From a virus (taxonomy: Duplodnaviria > Heunggongvirae > Uroviricota > Caudoviricetes), in the IMG/VR virus record IMGVR_UViG_3300042006_000037: DNA of 64,000 nucleotides. One strand, written 5' to 3'. Below the pieces are notes generated by a model. It was not told where the DNA came from. It saw nothing but the letters and a program-made list of their open reading frames with translations, and ran no database searches. The position numbers and the translations under genes were made by a program. How positions within the stretch are numbered: the first letter of the stretch is position 1; every line of letters starts with the position of its first letter. Below are positions 1 to 9,713 of the stretch, one piece after another.

Positions 1-216
1 GAAGCTGAACTGGAAACCTACATGACCAATATGTCTGCACTGGATGAAACTTCCTTTGCCTTTATGGTGGGTCAACTGAAAGCTGTTAAAGATGCCCGTG
101 CTGAGAGTTTTAAAGCAGTTGGTGAAGATGGTGCTGAAGATACAGACGCTCCTGTTGACCAAGCTGAAGCAATTCGAATCGCTGGTGTTGAAGCTGCACG
201 CGCTCGTCGCGGTTAA
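1..216 (+). CDS. 3' end of a head-morphogenesis gene (scaffold/protease-like C-terminus), partial
   Basis: Frame 1 is open from nt 1 with no upstream stop, ending TAA at 214-216. It sits immediately upstream of the decoration/MCP pair, as Nu3/C does in lambda. Confidence 0.45.
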   Translation, partial: EAELETYMTNMSALDETSFAFMVGQLKAVKDARAESFKAVGEDGAEDTDAPVDQAEAIRIAGVEAARARRG

Positions 217-243
217 TCAAAAACTTATTAGAGGATACAAATA

Positions 244-687
244 ATGGCTTTCACTGAACTGAACTTCCTGAAATACGCTTCGGACTTGGTTATTGACCAC
301 GCCGATTTCCATTTCAGTAATGAAAACGCAAACATCACACCGGCTGGTGTTATTCCACTGGGCACTATTGTTGTCCGTCCAAAAGATTCTGCTCCAACTG
401 TAGCTTGGTCCGTTATCGATGCTGCTGGTGATGCTGTTGCAACCAATGAGTTTGCAGTTGTCTGGGGTGACCACAGTTCGTTCGCTTACGACTTCACACC
501 TAAAGCGATTGTTGCTGGTAAATGGAACTCTATCGTAATTGTTCGTGATGCAGCTTTCAAAGAGTTCTACATCAAAGAGAACTATGAAACCCTGTTGGGT
601 GCCGCTCCTTACGCTCTTCTGAAGCAGCTGATGGCCAATCAAGGTCTGTTGGTACTGCAAGACGTATCTAAATACAAAGCTGTTTAA
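244..687 (+). CDS. putative head decoration protein (gpD position), 147 aa
   Basis: SD gagga is 7 nt upstream of the ATG. It sits immediately upstream of the major capsid gene, and its codon bias matches the highly expressed structural genes. Confidence 0.5.
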   Translation: MAFTELNFLKYASDLVIDHADFHFSNENANITPAGVIPLGTIVVRPKDSAPTVAWSVIDAAGDAVATNEFAVVWGDHSSFAYDFTPKAIVAGKWNSIVIVRDAAFKEFYIKENYETLLGAAPYALLKQLMANQGLLVLQDVSKYKAV

Positions 688-693
688 ATCCAA

Positions 694-716
694 TTTATAG
701 GGGCTTCAATGCCCCT
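694..716 (+). other. intergenic stem-loop (AGGGGC-ttcaat-GCCCCT)
   Basis: Perfect 6-bp GC stem between the decoration and capsid genes. No T tract follows, so it is not a classic terminator. Confidence 0.3.
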
Positions 717-742
717 TAACAAAACATAAGGAAGGAACATAT

Positions 743-1837
743 ATGTCTCTGATTATCGATAAGAATATTGATCGCCTGTCGCAAGGTAAGTTTGTTGAAC
801 TGACCGACATTCTGGTTGAACTGCCTCGTAATATCTCGATCATCGACCATCTTGGTCTGTTTGAAGAAGTCTTTGTAACTCAGAAGAAAATCGAGATTCA
901 ACGTACCCAGTACAGCAACCATTTGATCAAAGATAAGAACTGGGAAGCTAAAGCTGACACCATGGTTTCCAAGCCAAAGCGTGGCTTCATTCAAGCTCGT
1001 ATCCCTAACTTCGAACTGCAAGATGCAATCAAGCCACAAGATATCGATGGCGTTGCACAAGTTAGTTCGATTCAAGAAGCTGCTGGTCTGGCAACCGTAA
1101 TGGATGTTCGTCTTGAGAAGCTGGCTTATCTGAACAACTCCTTTGACCTGACTGCTGATGTTGCTCGTATGCAGCTGTTGATGAAAGGTACTGTTTACGC
1201 TCCAGAAGGTACACTGGCAACGTCTTACGGTGACACCATCGACTTCTATGAAGAAATGGGTGTTACACGTCAGACTCATGACCTGAAGCTGACTGGTTCT
1301 AACGATCCACGTATTACTTGCTCGCAACTGGTTCGTAAGATGCGTGAAGCTCTGCGTCATGCCAACGGTGGTAACTACACTCAGCTGGTTCTGTTGTGCG
1401 GTACTGACTTCTTCGACGCTGTTTACACCAACCCATTTGTTACCGAAGCTATCAAATACTTCGCACAAGATTTGAACAAAATCCTGTTGAAGCCAGTTGA
1501 TCAAGCTGCTGGTCTGGATGCCAACTTCCGTACTCTGTCCCTGTGGGGTCTGGTGTTTATCGACGCTGGTACTGGTGGTTACGAAGATGCTGATGGCGTG
1601 TTCCAGCCATGGATCGCTCCAACTAAGGCTGTCGCAATCCCAACTGGTGTTCGTGGTATGTTCAAGACTTACTACGCTCCAGCTAACACCTTCTCGGCAA
1701 TCAACAAGAAAGCTGCTGGTCGTTACTACTTCGAACGTCTGAACGAAGAAGATGATCTGATTCAAATGAAGGTTGGTAGCAACTTCATGAACTCGACCAT
1801 CTATCCGGGTGCGATCTTCGACGTAACCTTTAGCTAA
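743..1837 (+). CDS. major capsid protein (lambda gpE-like), 364 aa
   Basis: SD aaggaagg upstream. Strong codon bias (ggt/gct/cgt/ctg). Size and position between a decoration-like gene and the connector genes fit, and it is followed by a hairpin plus T-run. Confidence 0.75.
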   Translation: MSLIIDKNIDRLSQGKFVELTDILVELPRNISIIDHLGLFEEVFVTQKKIEIQRTQYSNHLIKDKNWEAKADTMVSKPKRGFIQARIPNFELQDAIKPQDIDGVAQVSSIQEAAGLATVMDVRLEKLAYLNNSFDLTADVARMQLLMKGTVYAPEGTLATSYGDTIDFYEEMGVTRQTHDLKLTGSNDPRITCSQLVRKMREALRHANGGNYTQLVLLCGTDFFDAVYTNPFVTEAIKYFAQDLNKILLKPVDQAAGLDANFRTLSLWGLVFIDAGTGGYEDADGVFQPWIAPTKAVAIPTGVRGMFKTYYAPANTFSAINKKAAGRYYFERLNEEDDLIQMKVGSNFMNSTIYPGAIFDVTFS

Positions 1838-1845
1838 GTCGTATA

Positions 1846-1885
1846 TCTCAGAGGGCTGGCGTCAAGCTGGCCCTTTGTTGTTTTA
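1846..1885 (+). terminator. rho-independent terminator after the capsid gene
   Basis: GAGGGC..GCCCTT stem with a 13-nt loop followed by tgttgtttt. Confidence 0.45.
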
Positions 1886-1897
1886 AGGAGAATGAAT

Positions 1898-2308
1898 ATG
1901 ACAGATGCTGAAAAGATTTCTCTCCTTGCTCTAATGATTGGTGACATTCCGGGTGGTCCATACTATCCAATGTTTACGTCCACACAGTACACACAGTTCC
2001 TAACTGCTTCAAAGGGAAATGTTAGTAGAGCCGCTGTAATGGCTGCTATCTCAGCTGGTTACATTGTTTCCAGTGAGAGTTCCCGCGAAGTGATTGGTGA
2101 ACTTCAGATTTCTAGTTCTACAGGTTCTAATTACCTGAAGCTCCTTGATTATCTGATTGCTACTGCTGGTAAAGTTCCTCCTGACAATTTGATGCCTTGG
2201 TTCGCTGGTGCTGACACCTGCGATAGAAACAAGCTTCTGGATTTCAAACGATGTGATACGCCTAGTTGGCAACATATCGTTGGTGATTCATGTGGGAGTG
2301 GATGCTGA
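1898..2308 (+). CDS. head completion / head-tail connector protein, ~136 aa
   Basis: AAGGAG is 7 nt before the second ATG (1898). First of four small genes between capsid and major tail, as in the lambda Fi/Fii/Z/U block. Confidence 0.5.
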   Translation: MTDAEKISLLALMIGDIPGGPYYPMFTSTQYTQFLTASKGNVSRAAVMAAISAGYIVSSESSREVIGELQISSSTGSNYLKLLDYLIATAGKVPPDNLMPWFAGADTCDRNKLLDFKRCDTPSWQHIVGDSCGSGC

Positions 2309-2700
2309 TGGCTGGAATGCATGATCGAATGAGGGCAATGGTGATTCGTCAACTTGCTCCACAACCAAAAGGTAAAGGTGTTCCGCTCACTCTTCATCAA
2401 CGACAAGGTGGTATTTACAATCCAGCAACTGGTGGAGTTACACCAGAAGTTGTTAATGATTATCTAGGATCAGGACTTCGAGTTAACTATTCGGAATATG
2501 CCTACAAAGCAGCAACCATCGAGTACGGTGACTTTCAACTGTATCTTTCCCCTGTAGAAATTACTGGTGGGAATATGCCGACACCGGCAATTGGTGACCA
2601 ACTGACATTCCTCGATAAGACAGTTCGAGTTGTAAACCTTGAAGCATTCAATGATAACAGTGTTGGGTGTGGATGGAAGTTGCAGGTTCGTTATGGATAA
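2308..2700 (+). CDS. head-tail adaptor / tail completion protein, 130 aa
   Basis: ATG overlaps the upstream TGA (TGATG). GGGAGTGG SD lies upstream. The ORF track shows the same frame from 2290. Confidence 0.5.
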   Translation: MAGMHDRMRAMVIRQLAPQPKGKGVPLTLHQRQGGIYNPATGGVTPEVVNDYLGSGLRVNYSEYAYKAATIEYGDFQLYLSPVEITGGNMPTPAIGDQLTFLDKTVRVVNLEAFNDNSVGCGWKLQVRYG

Positions 2701-3091
2701 CTTCATGGACACAATCAATGGATGGATTGAAGAGACAGAAGATAAGATTGATGACTGCCTTCAAACCATTGTCTTAAAGCTTGGTGAGAATGTTGTTACT
2801 CTTTCCCCTGTTGATACTGGTCGGTTCAAAGGTAACTGGCAGTTGTCGATTGACACAACCACTTCAGCAAGTCTATTGCGTGAAGATCCTGACGGTTATC
2901 TGGCACTTGCTGACATGGCTCGTACAGCAAACTCGTTTACTGCCGGTCAAGTGGCATACATTCAGAATCATGTGTTGTATGGATATGACCTTGAATATGG
3001 ATCGTCTAAGCAGGCACCTGACGGTATGTTGCGTATTACAGCTGCACGATTTGTAAGGATCGTCAACGAAGCAGTATTGCTTCACAAGTAA
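2693..3091 (+). CDS. tail completion / connector protein, 132 aa
   Basis: In-frame ATG at 2693 overlaps the previous gene's stop (ATGGATAA). The ORF track frame runs from 2639. Confidence 0.45.
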   Translation: MDNFMDTINGWIEETEDKIDDCLQTIVLKLGENVVTLSPVDTGRFKGNWQLSIDTTTSASLLREDPDGYLALADMARTANSFTAGQVAYIQNHVLYGYDLEYGSSKQAPDGMLRITAARFVRIVNEAVLLHK

Positions 3092-3106
3092 CAAGAGGAG
3101 ACAAGC

Positions 3107-3517
3107 ATGAGTCATGCAAGGGTTCGCACTCTATTCTCTGCTGCTCTTGCAAACTTCGCACAGCAGAAGGGTTTACAAGTATCGTATGACAACGTGAAGG
3201 TTGAGTTTACGGGTGACACTTATATCAAGTCTCATACCATTCCATCCGATACGTTCTCGGATACATTATCTGGTGACCACAAAGGTTACATTGGAATGTA
3301 TCAAATGACAATTGTCACAAAGTATGGAGTTGGTTCATTAGTAGCTGAGTCGTTGGTTGATGAACTTCAAAGCATCTTTCTTGTTAATAAGATGTTCACT
3401 GATACATCAGGCTTCTCTGTTCAAGTAATTAGCCCCATTAAAGTCCCGGAAGGGAAACAGGACGGAACAGTGTGGTTACTTCCATGCTACTTCGATTACC
3501 GTGCTGATACAAACTAA
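3107..3517 (+). CDS. tail terminator / gpU-like protein, 136 aa
   Basis: SD aagaggag precedes the ATG. It sits immediately upstream of the major tail protein gene. Confidence 0.5.
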   Translation: MSHARVRTLFSAALANFAQQKGLQVSYDNVKVEFTGDTYIKSHTIPSDTFSDTLSGDHKGYIGMYQMTIVTKYGVGSLVAESLVDELQSIFLVNKMFTDTSGFSVQVISPIKVPEGKQDGTVWLLPCYFDYRADTN

Positions 3518-3540
3518 CATCTCACAAGAGGATATACATT

Positions 3541-4194
3541 ATGGCTTTTCGTTTGCCTAACGGTTCGACCTTCGACTTCGCTGAAGCTTATGGTCCTGAT
3601 AAAACAATCACCGCAATCTCCAATGCTAACCCTGCTGTCGCTAGTTCGACTGCTCATGGGTTTCTGGCTGGTGACATTGTAGTTGTTACTTCTGGCTGGG
3701 TTAAACTTACCGGTCGTGCTTTTAAAGTAGGTACTGTAACTGCTGACACTTTCGTACTGACTGGTGTTAACACCCTGTCCACTCAAAGCTTCCCTGCTGG
3801 TACTTCTGCTGGTACTGCTAAAGAAGTAACTGATTGGGTTAACATCCCACAGATTACTGAAGTTGCAAGTTCTGGTGGTGAACAACAGTTCTACCAATTT
3901 GGTTTCCTTGAAGAAGACGAAGATCGTCAGATCCCAACTACCAAGTCTCCATCGACTCTGACCCTGACTGTTGCTGATGACCCATCGCAACCGTATGTTC
4001 CAGTTGTTGAAGCAGCTGATGAACTGAAAGAAGAGCGTGTACAGCGTCTGAACTTGGTTAACGGTGACGTGATCCTGTACAACTCGATTGCTTCTATTAC
4101 CAACACTCCATCGCTGACACGTAACCAGATCATGGTTCGTACAATCACTTTGGCACAACAAGGTCGTGTTACCCGCTACAAAGCTGGTGCATAA
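3541..4194 (+). CDS. major tail (tube) protein, 217 aa
   Basis: Very strong translational codon bias, SD aagaggat, and a strong terminator downstream. It lies between the connector genes and the G/T chaperones. Confidence 0.7.
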   Translation: MAFRLPNGSTFDFAEAYGPDKTITAISNANPAVASSTAHGFLAGDIVVVTSGWVKLTGRAFKVGTVTADTFVLTGVNTLSTQSFPAGTSAGTAKEVTDWVNIPQITEVASSGGEQQFYQFGFLEEDEDRQIPTTKSPSTLTLTVADDPSQPYVPVVEAADELKEERVQRLNLVNGDVILYNSIASITNTPSLTRNQIMVRTITLAQQGRVTRYKAGA

Positions 4195-4218
4195 CTCGTA
4201 ACATGCACGCAAGTGCTT

Positions 4219-4256
4219 CCATGCCCTTGCCGCTTTGGCGGGGGCATTTTTATTTC
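4219..4256 (+). terminator. rho-independent terminator after the major tail gene
   Basis: ATGCCCttGCCGCtttgGCGGGGGCAT stem followed by ttttatttct. Confidence 0.7.
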
Positions 4257-4270
4257 TGAGGAGAAAACAA

Positions 4271-4675
4271 ATGGCTGGTAAATCTTTCAAAATCCAATTC
4301 AACCCAACTTTTAAAGCACCAGTGAAGATCCCACGTATTGGTGGTGAGCCGCTGGTTGTAACTTTCACATTCAAAGTGTTGGACCGTCGTGGTTTGGCTA
4401 AAATCTTTGACAAATGGAAGTCTGAAAACCTTGCTCTGATCGAAGAGGCTAAAAGTGCTTCTGAGAATGGTGGTGAGTTCACACTGGAAGATTGGGCTGA
4501 TCGTGAAATCGAGATGCAAATTAACCAGATTAAAGACATTGTAGAAGGTTGGGGTTTCAGTGATGACTTCAACGATGAAAACATTGAAGCTCTGGTAGCT
4601 ACTTCTGTTTCCGTAACCGATGCAATTCTTGATCAATACAACGAAGCGTACACACGAGCACGTTCGGGAAACTAA
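4271..4675 (+). CDS. tail assembly chaperone (lambda gpG analogue), 134 aa
   Basis: SD gaggag precedes ATG 4271. Acidic protein immediately upstream of the tape measure gene. It ends RSGN* on the slippery heptamer. Confidence 0.7.
   Translation: MAGKSFKIQFNPTFKAPVKIPRIGGEPLVVTFTFKVLDRRGLAKIFDKWKSENLALIEEAKSASENGGEFTLEDWADREIEMQINQIKDIVEGWGFSDDFNDENIEALVATSVSVTDAILDQYNEAYTRARSGN
4666..4672 (+). other. -1 programmed ribosomal frameshift slippery heptamer G_GGA_AAC
   Basis: The X_XXY_YYZ motif sits in the zero frame 3 codons before the chaperone stop. The -1 frame is open from here to 5004 and overlaps the TMP start. Confidence 0.65.
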
Positions 4676-5004
4676 TAAGCGCTGCTCATGCCATGTATTC
4701 CAATGATGCTGACAAGCACCAAGCAGGTTTGTTCGGTTTGACACTTGAAGAAATCCCGGTTGAGGAAACTCTTGTCTGGGATATCAATTGGAATACGTTT
4801 CAACTCTTCAACGCACTAACTACGCAATGGAGAGTTGGTATGGGTGGTGCCACCGGGTTAGATTACTCTGTGATTCCATCAGTTGGAAAGATGCTTGGTT
4901 TCAAGAATAAACAAATCAACGAAATGTTCCCTGACCTACAAGTGATGGAGAACGAAGCACTCATCACTATGGGAGAGAATCAGAAAGATGCCAACAATAG
5001 CTGA
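4671..5004 (+). CDS. frameshift extension of tail chaperone (gpT-like segment of a G-T fusion)
   Basis: The -1 frame continues (GKLISAAHAMYSND...) to a stop at 5002-5004. The listed ORF 4693..5004 is its ATG-delimited part. Confidence 0.6.
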
Positions 5005-8000
5005 GTTACAGATTAACCTTGACAGTCGCCCAATTGAGACAGGCACCAAGGCACTTAACGAATTTGCCAATGCCGCTGACCGTGCGTCTAAAGCTGGTAA
5101 AACCAACCAACAAGTAAATGAGAAGTCTTCTTCTGTTGCCGATAAAGCAGCCAAGAGTGAAGCCGACTTGTCGTCCATGATTGACGCACAGACACGTAAA
5201 CTTGAACAACTCGGTGCACAACGTCGTAAGCTTGATTCATCGAGTATGAAAAGCACGATGCCTACCGAGTACGAACGTCTTAACCGAATCATTGATGCCA
5301 ACATTACTAAAGTGATGCAACAAGGCAATGCTATTGATACAGTTAACAACAAGCGAGGAAGGGATTTCCTCAAAGCGGAACAGGCTGCTCAAGTTCAACT
5401 TCGTGCACAAGAACGTATCTTGGATGCGGCTATTCGTCAAGAGAACATTGTTACGCGTGCTTCAGCAAAACAACAGCAACAGATTGAATCGACTATCAAT
5501 GGATTGAGTCGTCAGATCAAAGCACAGAACGATTACAACGCAACGATTGAAAAGCTTAACCGTGCCCGTGCTACAGGACCAGATGGTAATATGGGTTCTG
5601 GTTCAACTTTGTCGTCAGGTGAGTATGAGAGTTATGTAAAACTTGCTCAGGCTAAGCGTGACGCTGCACTTGCAACCGAAGACAACAGTCGTGCAATTAC
5701 AGCAACTCAAAACAAGCTGGATACTTACACAGCCACACTTGGTCGTGTCGAGCGTGCCGAAGTTGAATATACTCGTGCTGTTGGTGTTCTGAACCAAGCT
5801 CAGAAACTTGGGTTGGTTACACTCGATCAGTATGACCAGAAACTAGCAGCATTTGCTAGTCAACGGGATCGATCTGTTGCAGCAGCCAATGACAACACCA
5901 TTGCAGAACAACGATTTGCCCGTGAACTACAAAGTGTACTTTCTGCGTATGATCCAGTAATTCGTGCACAGGACCAGTATAACAATAGCGTTCGAATCTT
6001 GTCGCAAGGATTACAAAACGGTAGTGTAAGTGTAGACCAGTTCAACAAAGCACTGACAGAACAACGTCAGGCACTGGATGGTGTTAAAGCAGCTAAGAAT
6101 GGAATGGGTGATCTTGGTGGTGAGTATGATCGTGCTCTTAACAGCCTTGTCCCGTATCGTGCTGAATTGCGCAACATCGAGCAACAAGAGAAAGTGCTTC
6201 GTGCTCAGAAAGAGTCAGGTAAAGTTGTAACCGATACACAGATCAAGGATTACGATGCTGCTACCAAATCCCTACAACGTCACCGTGCTGAAATAGAGAA
6301 GCGTGTAAAAGCCGGTGGTGATGCTGCAATGTCGTACAAACAGGAACAAGCTGCTCTTCGTGGTATGCCTGCTCAGATCACGGACATTGTAGTTTCATTG
6401 CAAGGTGGACAAGCGCCACTTACTGTACTCCTGCAACAAGGTGGTCAGATTAAGGATATGTTTGGTGGTATTGGTCCAGCCATTCGAGGGATGTCTACAG
6501 CATTACTCAGTATGCTCAGTCCTGTAACTGTCGTCGGTGCAGGAGTTGCCCTTCTCGGAGCAGCCGCTTACTCTGGTAGTCAGGAAGTAACCGCGTTCAA
6601 CCGTGTGTTGATTCAAACGTCTAATGCTGCTGGTGTATCATCTAGTCAGTTCTCTGAGTTCCGTGATCAACTTGATTCAACGGTTGGTACTGCTGGTAAA
6701 GCTGCTGATGCACTTACACAGATTGCAAGTAGTGGTCAAATTGCTGGTGACATGTTCACCAAAGTTGCTGAGTCTGCAATCCTGATGGAGCGGGCAACTG
6801 GTCAAGCAATGAGTAAGACAATTGAAGACTTTTCATCTCTTGGTAAAGACCCAGTTGATGCGGCTGTTAAACTCGATGAAAAGTATCGCTTCCTGACAGC
6901 CTCTGTGCTCGCTCAAGCTGATTCACTTGTTAAGCAAGGTCGTGAGATGGAAGCAGTTAAACTTCTTCAAGGGGAGCTGTCTGAGGCGTCTTCAGATACA
7001 GCAACTCGAATGATTGAAGAGGCTGGTTACATCGAACGTGCTTGGGTTGGCGTAAAGGATGCAGTTAGTGAAGCATGGGACGCACTGAAAAGTATTGGTC
7101 GTGCGGACACTACAGGTGATAGACTTTCCAAGCTGCAAACGGAACTGAATAACCTGACAAAGAACCAAGACAATGGGGGTCAACGTCGTCTTGCTGCTTT
7201 AGGTATTGATGTTTCAAGTGCTCGAAAGAAAGAGCTTCAAGAAGAAATTACACAACTCAAGCAGCGAATTGGGATGGAACAATTCAGTGCAGAGCAGGAA
7301 GCTAAAACCAATAAGACACGTCGAGATTCCGTTTTAGCACAAGAGTCTAGCTTGAAGCGAAACGAGTCTAGTCTGAAGGGAGTTGAAAAGGCTGAGAACG
7401 AACTACTCAAGGTTCGTCGTGAGAACGATAAGATCCGTGCTGGTGGTGATGTAAGTCCTAACCAGAATGCGATCATGGCACAGAACGAAGCTCGTGCGTT
7501 GAAAGAAGTAGCTGACGCTCGTGAGAAAGCAAACAAGCCAAAAGCTGCCGGTGCTCTTGATACAACTTCCATCCAAGAAGTTAAGAGCAACTTGGCTATG
7601 GTCACTGCTGAGTATGAAGGTTATTACAAACGTGTAACCGCTCTGGGTGATGCTGGTCTTGTTTCTGCTGAAGCCACTTATCACTCTCAACGTGCCATCC
7701 TTGAACAGCAACGGAAAGCAGTTAGTTCATCGTATGAGTCTCAAATTGAATCTATCAAAACACTTCAGGGTAACAAGAAGAACTCAGCTGCTCAAAACAT
7801 CTCACTTGAGAATCAACTGACCAAAGCGGAAGCCGACCGTCAGATTGCAATGGAGAAAGTTGACGCTAAGATGGATGTTCTTCAAACCAAGGAGAATGGT
7901 CGCATTCAAGAGCGTACCCGAAACATTGCTGCCTACAAAGCTGCTCTGGATGCGCAACTTGAAGGACTGGTTGATGAAGGTGCTCGTGCTACAGATGGTG

Positions 8001-8968
8001 TTGGTCGCGGTACTCGTCAGTCTGGTGTTGCAAAACAGATGGCTGATAATGACCGTAGCTTTGCCAAACAACAACGTGACCTTGCTAAGTCGTTGGGTGA
8101 AGGGATGGACCCTGATGAGTATGCTACTAAGTTGAAAGACTTGAGTGACACCCATTCAGCAATGACAGAACAGATCATCAAGAACGACAAAGACATTCAG
8201 CGTGCAAACTACGACTGGACTAATGGCTTCACAGCTGCTGTCGAGAATGCTCAAGATGCAGGTATGAACTTCGCAGCTACTGTCGAGGGTGCATTGACTG
8301 GTGCATTCAACAACGCCGGTAGCGCCTTGGCAACATTCGTGACTACTGGTAAGTTGAACTTCAAGGACTTCGCACTTAGTGTTATGGCTGATATGGCAAC
8401 AATGGCAGCCAAACAAGCGGCTATGGGTGCTCTTGGTTCTATCCTGAGTATTGCTGGTGCTGCCGCTGGTGCATACTTTGGTGGTGGTACAAACGGATTA
8501 GCTGCTGGTTCTGCTGGTGCTAAATCATCTGCTGCTGGTGCAACTGCTGCTGGTTATGGTAATAACTACTACCAAGCAAAAGGAGGTGCGTGGTCTGGTG
8601 GAACACAGTTGTTCGCACAAGGTGCTGCTTTCACTAACTCAGTCGTATCCAGCCCAACCTCTTTTGGTATGGCAAACGGTGCACGAGGTATTATGGGTGA
8701 AGCTGGTGAGGAGGCAATTGTTCCTCTTGCTCGTACACGTAATGGTGATCTTGGTATCCGTGCAATGGGTGGTGGTGGAAATGGCGGTACAGTCGTTAAC
8801 GTCAATGTCCAAGTTGCTGAAGGTGGTACTTCGTCTTCTAGCGATGGTGGTGCTGGATGGAAACAGTTCGGTAATGAGTTGGGTTCCTTTGTTGAACAGA
8901 AGGTATACACAATCATCAACTCTGAAACACGTCCGGGTGGTTCTCTTCAGTCTCAGGCTGGTCGATAA
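4988..8968 (+). CDS. tail tape measure protein, 1326 aa
   Basis: Very long alpha-helical, Q/A/K-rich protein with a Gly-rich C-terminus. It sits downstream of the G/G-T chaperones and upstream of a gpM-like gene. Confidence 0.85.
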   Translation: MPTIAELQINLDSRPIETGTKALNEFANAADRASKAGKTNQQVNEKSSSVADKAAKSEADLSSMIDAQTRKLEQLGAQRRKLDSSSMKSTMPTEYERLNRIIDANITKVMQQGNAIDTVNNKRGRDFLKAEQAAQVQLRAQERILDAAIRQENIVTRASAKQQQQIESTINGLSRQIKAQNDYNATIEKLNRARATGPDGNMGSGSTLSSGEYESYVKLAQAKRDAALATEDNSRAITATQNKLDTYTATLGRVERAEVEYTRAVGVLNQAQKLGLVTLDQYDQKLAAFASQRDRSVAAANDNTIAEQRFARELQSVLSAYDPVIRAQDQYNNSVRILSQGLQNGSVSVDQFNKALTEQRQALDGVKAAKNGMGDLGGEYDRALNSLVPYRAELRNIEQQEKVLRAQKESGKVVTDTQIKDYDAATKSLQRHRAEIEKRVKAGGDAAMSYKQEQAALRGMPAQITDIVVSLQGGQAPLTVLLQQGGQIKDMFGGIGPAIRGMSTALLSMLSPVTVVGAGVALLGAAAYSGSQEVTAFNRVLIQTSNAAGVSSSQFSEFRDQLDSTVGTAGKAADALTQIASSGQIAGDMFTKVAESAILMERATGQAMSKTIEDFSSLGKDPVDAAVKLDEKYRFLTASVLAQADSLVKQGREMEAVKLLQGELSEASSDTATRMIEEAGYIERAWVGVKDAVSEAWDALKSIGRADTTGDRLSKLQTELNNLTKNQDNGGQRRLAALGIDVSSARKKELQEEITQLKQRIGMEQFSAEQEAKTNKTRRDSVLAQESSLKRNESSLKGVEKAENELLKVRRENDKIRAGGDVSPNQNAIMAQNEARALKEVADAREKANKPKAAGALDTTSIQEVKSNLAMVTAEYEGYYKRVTALGDAGLVSAEATYHSQRAILEQQRKAVSSSYESQIESIKTLQGNKKNSAAQNISLENQLTKAEADRQIAMEKVDAKMDVLQTKENGRIQERTRNIAAYKAALDAQLEGLVDEGARATDGVGRGTRQSGVAKQMADNDRSFAKQQRDLAKSLGEGMDPDEYATKLKDLSDTHSAMTEQIIKNDKDIQRANYDWTNGFTAAVENAQDAGMNFAATVEGALTGAFNNAGSALATFVTTGKLNFKDFALSVMADMATMAAKQAAMGALGSILSIAGAAAGAYFGGGTNGLAAGSAGAKSSAAGATAAGYGNNYYQAKGGAWSGGTQLFAQGAAFTNSVVSSPTSFGMANGARGIMGEAGEEAIVPLARTRNGDLGIRAMGGGGNGGTVVNVNVQVAEGGTSSSSDGGAGWKQFGNELGSFVEQKVYTIINSETRPGGSLQSQAGR

Positions 8969-8983
8969 CACTAACTACTGCTA

Positions 8984-9013
8984 TTGACAAAAAGTTCAAA
9001 AACATAGTAGAAT
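8984..9013 (+). promoter_or_regulatory. sigma70-like promoter (TTGACA-18-TAGAAT) upstream of the tail-tip genes
   Basis: Consensus -35 with a TAGAAT -10 at 18-nt spacing in the TMP/gpM intergenic region. A hairpin (9025-9046) plus T-rich tract follows. Confidence 0.4.
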
Positions 9014-9068
9014 GTAAATCATTGCAGGGAGGCGAAAGCTTCCCTGTTTCTATTTCTGGAGAAATAAA

Positions 9069-9410
9069 ATGGCACAAACATTTAAGTGGAAAGTTGAGCG
9101 AGATGTTGATCAAACAATCAGTTACCGTGTTATTGAAACACAATTCGGTGACGGATACAAACAAACATCAGCAGACGGTATCAACATTAAGAATGAACAA
9201 CACGCTATCAAGGTTCATGCTTACGGTAGCAAAGCCCAAGAGATTATGGACTTCTTTGATGCTCATCAAGGCTGGAAGAGTTTTTTCTGGACTCCGCCAC
9301 TTGGTAAACTTGGTTTGTATACTTGCTCAGATCCAAAACCTATCAACCAAGGTGCAAACCTATATACAATCACAGGGACATTCGTAAAGAGTTTTTCTGC
9401 ACCAGAATGA
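9069..9410 (+). CDS. minor tail protein, lambda gpM homolog, 113 aa
   Basis: By-eye alignment to lambda M: FKWKV..FGDGY..GWKSFFWTPP versus MKTFRWKV..FGDGY..GWKSFLWTPP. SD ggag upstream. Confidence 0.75.
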   Translation: MAQTFKWKVERDVDQTISYRVIETQFGDGYKQTSADGINIKNEQHAIKVHAYGSKAQEIMDFFDAHQGWKSFFWTPPLGKLGLYTCSDPKPINQGANLYTITGTFVKSFSAPE

Positions 9411-9422
9411 TTAGGAGTATTT

Positions 9423-9713
9423 ATGCCGGCTGGATTACAAGTGTTCCGTGCAGACGGAAGCCTTAAACTGGACATCACAACAAGTATCACTCGGTACTTA
9501 GGTCAATTCAATACAGGAACAAGCGACGGACAGTTTGTAGATTCACGATTGACAGGTGGTCGTCCATTCTTTCAGGTTATCTCTTTGGGTTATATTGGTG
9601 AGTACATGCTACCTGAAATAAGTTTCGGTTCTGATCGATTTTATTGGAACTTTGCAAACAACGGGTTAAGTACACCAAACGCAAATTGCACAGTATTTTA
9701 CGGGGTGTACTAA
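9423..9713 (+). CDS. hypothetical protein, 96 aa (paralog of the next gene; inserted between gpM and gpL)
   Basis: SD aggag upstream. N-terminus MPAGLQVFRADGSLKLD parallels MAAGIQVWNSNSFVQID of the next ORF. Confidence 0.5.
   Translation: MPAGLQVFRADGSLKLDITTSITRYLGQFNTGTSDGQFVDSRLTGGRPFFQVISLGYIGEYMLPEISFGSDRFYWNFANNGLSTPNANCTVFYGVY

Noticed and set aside
716-1765. 349-aa ORF antisense to the major capsid gene
   Set aside because: Entirely within and opposite to a strongly codon-biased structural gene. No SD, low-complexity translation. A shadow ORF.
5006-8919. Multiple 60-160-aa antisense and alternate-frame ORFs inside the tape measure gene
   Set aside because: Artifacts of the long, compositionally biased TMP reading frame. 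None has an SD or independent support.
8984-9060. Promoter followed immediately by a hairpin + T-rich tract upstream of the gpM-like gene
   Set aside because: The arrangement is ambiguous. The hairpin may be the TMP-transcript terminator or stabiliser, and the promoter match (18-nt spacer) may be fortuitous. Kept only as a low-confidence promoter feature.
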